Shown: positions 39,518 to 46,709 of the stretch, piece by piece
How the letters are laid out: each line of letters starts with the position of its first letter
Position numbering within the stretch: position 1 is the first letter of the stretch
Assembly (NCBI RefSeq): GCF_001186125.1
Contig: NW_014040346.1
Location: 47,360-94,068 of the forward strand
Reading direction: 5' to 3'
Origin: Sphaeroforma arctica JP610
Taxonomy: Eukaryota
DNA: 46,709 nt
Notes under the pieces: model-generated
What the model was told of the DNA's origin: nothing
Seen by the model: only the letters and a program-made list of their open reading frames with translations
The model's database searches: none
Program-made: the position numbers and the translations under genes

Positions 39518-40290
39518 GTGCACAAGCAATATTCGCACATCTCTCATATAGATACGAGCCAACCAACCAGAATTTTGAAGCAATTGCAACCATGTCGTCC
39601 AACACCCTCATCATGTTCAAAAACAAAAATTGTTGTTTCCCTGACCGAGCAAGAAGCCCAACCTCGTCTACCACGGTTCGCCGAGAAGTCAGCTCCAAAC
39701 AAACGAGTATCGCGAAGAAAACCCAAACTAAAGGCCTCCTCCAGAATCAAGATTGCTTCGCTGCTGAACAATCGTGATACCCTAAGCTACTCTTCATCAA
39801 CGCTACTTCCTGAAGGAAGCACCAAAAGGGTCACCAATCCACCACTGCCCAGTGGTGATGCACCTCCAATCGCTAATCTCTAATCCTTACACCACCCGTG
39901 GCTGCAATATCAACGCCTTAGATGAACACCCTAGGCATGCTGGAGTCTTGTCATTTGGCCCGCAACTGGTTCCTGGCGCCTAACTGCCCAAGCCACGCCC
40001 ATCAATGACAATTCCTGTCAACTCATTGTCGCCGTTTCCAACTCTACAGCAGCCAACTACCGATGGCGCATTTTCTGAGCTAATCGCCAATCACCGCCGG
40101 ATGCTCGACGATCAAAATCTTCCATGCAATCGTAGTCGTCCTGAATCAAGCAACTCTCCTCTATAATCTGGCATATCACGCCAAGAAGTGTAGATGTCTA
40201 CGCACCGAACAGTGGAGGGTACCTCGTCTCTACTGACGAGCCCTAGTCAAACGCTACCCAAAATCCAAGAACTTAAGACAATTCAAGGTA
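39518..40290 (+). pseudogene. Decayed C/A-rich coding-like sequence, possibly a retroelement gag/ORF1 remnant
   Basis: Compositional shift with broken Pro/Ser/Thr-rich ORF fragments. No diagnostic motif. Confidence 0.25.
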
Positions 40291-40634
40291 AGTTGTCTGA
40301 AAATAATGTACGCCCTTGCATACGAACAAGATACTATGCGTATTCGTAGCAAACGTGAGGAGTTCACATTGGCAGTCGACGTAATAAATATTGCACTCAT
40401 TAAGTTTAGTTACATGTGGCTACTCACGCCAGGCTTTTGTACCGATTTGGAGGTACTCGAGCAATATCCAAATTCACCTGGTTTATAATGTCTCAATTCT
40501 CTTAGAAGTAGGAAGCAGTCGAGTTATGTACACCCTTTCGTATCACACAAAGTTTATTGAGGTACTATTGTTAAAGTACTGTACATTCAGTCTTCAAGAG
40601 ATACGCCACTTTCTTATATTGTGCTGCATTCAAG

Positions 40635-40829
40635 ATGAATTTCATCATGAAAGACCAGGACACAGAAGCCATAGATGTCACAAAAGGTAAACAAGATATT
40701 ACAGAAGTAGCTAACGACACTTTGCAGATGGTCGGTGACAACATGGATCTAGCTGATGTGGGCGCGAATGATTCTCAAGTGCCGACAGTAGCCACTGATG
40801 AGCCAAAATATGCGCCTGCAGCGGACAGG
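40635..40829 (+). CDS. Possible first exon of a hypothetical acidic protein
   Basis: 65 acidic codons (MNFIMKDQDTEA...APAADR) ending at a GTGTGT donor. The downstream exon was not resolved. Confidence 0.25.
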
Positions 40830-42485
40830 GTGTGTACATTGAACATTATCCAATATCGTGTATTTGTAAGTTTTGATGTAGTTATTTAGCTGGGCGATAA
40901 TAGTGATTGAATGTGTGGCTAATCTGTATGGCCCAACGGGTACTACTCAGGAATTTTGTTATCCCTCATTGAACCCATTAAATTTGCTTGCATCCCAAGT
41001 GCCTCTGTCGTAATATTGAAGCCAAACACGAGATTGTGACTAGACCCATGACTTCACTGTCACCACAATAATACATGATTGACTTCTCCTTAAAGTTGCC
41101 AGAGCCGAGCAATACATCGCGGGTTGTGATCTGAGAGAGTACAACTACTGTTGGAGATGGAAGGTGAACTCGTGTTCGGAAACATCGTATGCGCACTTCT
41201 GGGATGATTGTTCTCTGCATACATATCTGCCTTGTGCTCTGTTTTGTGCTGTGTCCGCAGTGTTTGCTGTTATAATATTTGTACGTCTATTTGCTTTCAT
41301 CGACTTGTACATCTTCCGAGCCAATATATCGCTCCATTACATTCAAATATATATTCTTGTTCTTTCTATAGCGACTCTCATGACCAGTTGTACACTTGCA
41401 CATTATACTTGAAGCTTACTGGATGCAATTCTGAGTTTCACTCATATTTATTTGCCTAGAATCTACCTGTAGCTATCGGCGCAGAGTATGACAACCAACG
41501 GAACATCACCATTAAACCATTGGAAAATGACATACAATCGGGGTATTTACACGTTAAATGCGAACTGTGCTGAATGAAGAAAAGGACTTCATTTTATTTA
41601 CGTGTTCCAGAATTGTGCCCATGACTTGCATTCGTTTGCGTCCGATTGTGAACGTGATTTTTATTTGAGTACGGTGTGTCTTTCTCAGCTCAGTATGTAT
41701 TCGAAGATTTTTACTTGTAAATCACATACATGGCTTTTTCAGGAAGTGAGATGATAACTTGCCGGCAACGCACATGTTATTTAAAATAACTAACACTAGA
41801 AGAAGTCTCTGTGTCATTATTGAGCTTTACCTAGTATCAGAGAGCCCTAAGCTCAAATCAAAAACACGATCCAAATGAGTTTACCTCTCCCTCCTCGACG
41901 TACATACTGAACAACAATATACAAATGCCCCGTTAAATGTTATGAAACTCCCGTTTATTTTAAGTACCATCAAAGTTCTGTATTTGTGACAGTCGACAGA
42001 TATGTGAACGCGCAAACATGTATGCCTTCAAGCTCGAACGCAAATACGGAGCGACGCAAACTGTTCATGTACACTCGCATAATCTCGAGTTCCCCCATGC
42101 ACACCACGACCGGGCCACATATATACTGACTCGCAAATGATTTTTTCAATGTGATGCCTCAAATGGTTCACGAAAGCTCATTAATTGAAAAGAAATCTTG
42201 GTATTAGAGCCTCCGGGAATCGTGCTGGCTTTTTTATGCTTGTTTAGTTATGGTTACCGCCCGTGATAGATTGTTCTAAATGTGAACACATTGTACCGGT
42301 CAATATCAAGACTTTACTCTTGTCGTAGGATGCATAAGCTAACCTTATCTCAACGTACTGCTCTCGTACAAAGGAAGGCGTTGTGTATTTGTTGAACTGA
42401 TTCTAATAACTAACAATTGATCATGTGCTTCATTCGACAAAAATAAACTTACCGGATAAAATGTAGTCGCTAATAAAGACCCTAT

Positions 42486-42963
42486 TATTAAATAAACCGT
42501 ATTCAGGGACTTCATGACGAGTGACTACACTCCGTTCTTATATATTTATTTAGATTTATTCCACAATCTCGCCCTGCATGCTCTCCATGACCCCATTGTC
42601 TTTATTGTAACCGATCTGGATATAGACGATATCAGTGGTGAAGTTGGTCAACTAGTATTCATTTGTCTCAGTAAGCGTGACGTAAAATTCTTTTGATGGC
42701 AGACCCTAGGCATTCTTTGTCATAAATATTAAATAAACCCTATTCAGAGACTTCCTGACTAGTGACTACACTCCGTTCTTATGTAATTATTTATATTCAT
42801 TTCACACTTTCGTTCTGCATGTTCTACCGGAGTCCATTGTCTCCATTGTAATCGATCTGAATATAGCAATAGTAAAGTTGGACAACGAGTATTCATTTGT
42901 GTCTCAGTAAGTGTGACGCAAAAGTTTATCTTTTGCCGGCAGATCCAAGACATTCTTTGTCAT
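42486..42963. repeat. Diverged tandem duplication, period about 241 bp
   Basis: 42486-42723 vs 42727-42963 share tattaaataaacc, agtgactacactccgttctta, gtctcagtaag and cattctttgtcat anchors. Confidence 0.9.
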
Positions 42964-45059
42964 TTTTAACCATGATACAAGTAGACGTGCAGAAGACGTG
43001 CATAAAAAAATGCATCATGACAATGGGAGACATGCGCGGGCAAGCTAACAAATCTGATTTGTCGTAATTTGTGCAAGCATTTTAATAAGTCGGAACAAAT
43101 TTTCGGGGAGGATTTCAAACAAACAAACAAAATGGGAACTTTTGAAGAATTTAGCATACTGTCTACTTGATGTCACATTTATTTTTCACCTGTTGCTTGA
43201 AAACCATGTTTGCTTTATGTTGCGAGAATGTACTTATGGTTCAGTGTTTTCGTAATGATATTTTAATTGTCTAAAGTAGTTTATTATGACTTTCCTAATG
43301 TACACGTGTTATAAGCTAGCTATCACGTCTGTCTTAATCTCACGAGTGTTCATACTGTGAGGCCAGCACGTGTGTGTCTTGCCTGAGTAGGTATCAGTGA
43401 TGTTATACTAAGGCAATCGTCCCCTAAGCTTCTGTTCCACGTTGGTTAGATGCAATTGACCGGTGTGGAGACGCTTACCAAATTTCGGAGGCGGGAGGTT
43501 GGTTATATATATATATACATCTCTCAGTAGCTTGTCGATGGTGGGTGAGTCAGTTCATTATTAAACTGGCATCCAACTGTCTGTAGCAAACGGATTTCAG
43601 GGAAAAAAAGTATGAAAAGGGTGGCTGTGGGTGGGAATATAGGAGAAAAATATGAATGATGGACAGTACCCTGTCTATCGCCCTTTTATAGTCAACTTGA
43701 GTTGGCTATGAAAAGAACGTGGAATAGGACAGATAGTTCTTTTACACAAAAATCAGAGTTGCTAATTTAATCACTACGTGATTTCATCTGTGAATCGCGA
43801 TTTGTCTAAAAAAAATTACTCTGAGCTACTCCCAGTTCATAAGAATATATGAATGTAAAACATTCGAATATATGATGTGTTCATACATACATAAATACAA
43901 ATATGTTTCATTTCACATTCTACGAGAGGTAAACCAATGATATACCTTAATTTGTGTTAGATTTTCCAGACGTTACCCGAAATCGAACCCCAAATTGACA
44001 TATCAACACGACGGACAAACCCAATCAGACTTGGCAGATTTGAATGTACATTTTTTGGACCAGTATTTCTTACTTATCAAGTACTCATTGATGTGAAAAG
44101 TTAGGTAAAATTTCGCGGGCATGAATGAACACCCTTCGATGACTATTGTATCACAGCTGAACCCGAAGACTTTTGTATCAGTATTGGTGACCACAACCAT
44201 AATGGTTGCCTGCACAGTGCAACGGAAAGAAGGTTAGAATTTAGTTTCATGAACCCTACGGTCGAAGAAATAGTTAATTTGGACTCACGTGTCATAGAAC
44301 ATAAGGATGTGGTCAAAACAAAGGTTCGAGGCGAAGCGCATATATTCAACAATTGAGAAATATAAAGCACCATTATCAGATTAAAACTGGAGCCTTTCGA
44401 GAGTGATAGACAAGTTTACCACAATTACTTAGGTCTGTCGCTACCACTTCGGCCTCATTCGATATACGTAACTACCATTGAGTTATGCATAGCTGTGTTT
44501 TGTGATTCAAACACATCACGTTACCAGTATTTGTCAAACAAGCTAAGCCTTTAGAGTTTACTGAGGCAACATGGCGAGAAATCTCAGCTTCGTTAAATTG
44601 ACAAGAATATACAACTATTTGTTTTAATTCAAATTTCCCTCCTCCTCCACCGTTACCTCCTGTCGACAATCAGGATATGCACTGAAAGCTTGCTGAAATA
44701 TAATGGCGACGATTCTCGTACCAGTTTTTAGCTATCATGCCTAGATTGAAGCATGCGATTGATAATTAGCAGTTGAAAACAATACTAATATACTAAGTTG
44801 TCTATCCTATTATTATATAGCAACATGTCAATTATTGGCCGGAATTATTTCAAGGGATTAAGGATCTCAGTTTATGTTAAAAGTAAAGTCACATGCTCGT
44901 AGAATACTGAAAACACGACGAATTATACAGAGAATTAGAAACCTGTACTCCTTCCGTGATATTAATCGGCCAATCTTTGTTTAAATGGCTGTGATACGGG
45001 CTTTGCCACATTCAGCATCGACCTTTGCCTGAACATACACAACGAAGAATATATATCGC

Positions 45060-46170
45060 AGTTTTAGTTTTGTGTATAAATGTGTGAGATCAGATGTAGA
45101 TAGTATTTTCATGTACAGTTGGTTATAAGTTCATAATGTCGTACTTTACAGCCTTTCCCGACTAAGACTGCCAAAATAGACGCCGTGTTCGTAGATATGG
45201 ATGTCGTACAATACTGAAACAGTGATTCCTCTACTCCTTTCGAAATTTCAATCATTCAATCTTTGTCAGAATTACCAGTCAACGCCAAGAATAAAGTTAT
45301 CCAAAAGTGATTATGATTCGAGCTTTCCCACATACAGCATCGGCACTTTCCTACTCAAACTAAATGAAGAAAATGCATTAGAGTTTAAATGTTGTGTTTA
45401 CATCTGTGCAATTCGGCGTGAATTGTATTTTCATGTACACTCGGTTGGTGATAATTACTTTTGATAGTGGGTGTGTCCAAGATGCTAGTCCATAGCGATT
45501 ATCTGTATCATTGTCAGCATAGCTGGTGTGTCTAGCTATTTCACACACCGACTATGGGTGACGAATGTTTTTTCCAAAGACGAGTGTATACAGCATGTTG
45601 ATACATTCATCATTCAAACTATATAGTCATTTGATGGTTCATAAATCTATCGTTTTGCATCGAAGTTTTGATGTTGTGTTGGTGATGGTTATTTATGAGG
45701 TCGTACTCAAAATTCTTTTCCCGTCTAAGACTGATACAACAGACGCTGAGTTCATAGAAGTAGAAGTCAGACAATATTGTGAGGGTGATTCTTTTACTCT
45801 TTGTTAGGGTGATTCCTCTACGGGATATTAATCAGTCAATCGTTGTCAGAATTACCAGTCAACCCCTATAGTTTTCCTTGAATGGCTGTTATATGCGATT
45901 TCCCACATTCTACTTTAGCGCTTTCCTAAACATACTATATGGAGAATATGTATCAAAGTTTAAATGTTGTGTATAAATTGTGGAATTGGGCGTGAAAAGT
46001 ATTTTCATGTACACTCGATGGGTGATAATTACTTTTTGATAGTGGGCGTGTTCAAGATTGTTATCCATCGCGATTTTCGTGTACACTCGTTGGGTGATGA
46101 TTGCTTTTTGATAGTGAGCGTGTTCAAAATGGTTATTCATAGCGCAAAATGGTTATTCATAGCGATTATG
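45060..46170. repeat. Nested diverged duplications (about 580-bp, 72-bp and 20-bp periods)
   Basis: tgtcagaattaccagtcaac near 45264 and 45844; gtattttcatgtaca near 45103, 45425 and 45999; 72-bp tandem starting at 46001 and 46073; caaaatggttattcatagcg x2 at 46125-46164. Confidence 0.85.
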
Positions 46171-46709
46171 TACATACACAGCTGGCGAGTCTACTTAATT
46201 CACTATTGAAAATAGCGAGAATTACTATTACACCAAAGGTTAGAAGTATATGCTAAGGGGAGGAAAAATCAATGGCAAACAAGAAATTGACAAGAATGCC
46301 TCTGATTAGTTGCACCGGATTAAATTCAAGCTATTCGAGCTAACTTGCGAAACTCTTCCCCGCTCCTGTCTTTCCCCCGCCGAAAAAAAACAAGGGGGTT
46401 TTCGGCAAGGGGGTTTTTTACATGACGTTAATTCTGATAAATCCAAAATTATGATATTATGCAATAAATGCACAAAACGTGATAGACGGAACGAGTTTTC
46501 CAAGTCTGTCTTCGATCGAAAAATGCGGACGCGTTGAATGTAAAGGCGTCTTGGTGCGACACAGTTTCAAAATTTAATTGAACCCCCAAGGGTGACATAG
46601 AACGGCCGACGCATCGAAGAAATATACTGTTTCAAAATTACAACCAAATAAAAAGAGAGTAGATCGTAGATAAACCGCTGAAGAAAGCAATATGTTCAAC
46701 GGGATTCGT

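Noticed and set aside
42199..42211. TGGTATTAGAGCC resembling a tRNA-iMet primer-binding site
   Set aside because: One mismatch, no preceding LTR end and no following gag.
39373..44393. Shared 13-mer TTAAAACTGGAGC (39373 and 44381) as an LTR/PBS junction
   Set aside because: 13-mer matches are expected by chance in 47 kb. No LTR pair or pol motifs.

Overview
Eukaryotic genomic DNA with GT-AG introns, (TG)n/(TA)n microsatellites and one 770-nt N gap. The gene content (animal-like NDFIP and ARID2 next to the fungal-type lysine enzyme LYS1) suggests a unicellular holozoan such as an ichthyosporean; this is inference only. Six genes were reconstructed by hand: NDFIP-like (+, intronless), a monoglyceride-lipase-type alpha/beta hydrolase (-, intronless), saccharopine dehydrogenase LYS1 (+, 8 exons), a single-domain RNase III protein with a putative N-terminal Zn module (-, 3 exons), CWC27 (-, 6 exons spanning the gap) and an ARID2/Rsc9-like subunit (+, 8 exons). 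Both ends of the window hold repeats and decayed sequence, including an internally deleted pogo-like transposon with intact TIRs. The two most notable observations are (1) two MLL-type Taspase1 cleavage motifs (QVDGADD, ISQVDGVSD) in the ARID2-like protein, and (2) the RNase III protein, whose signature motif is split by an in-frame intron and lacks one catalytic Glu.
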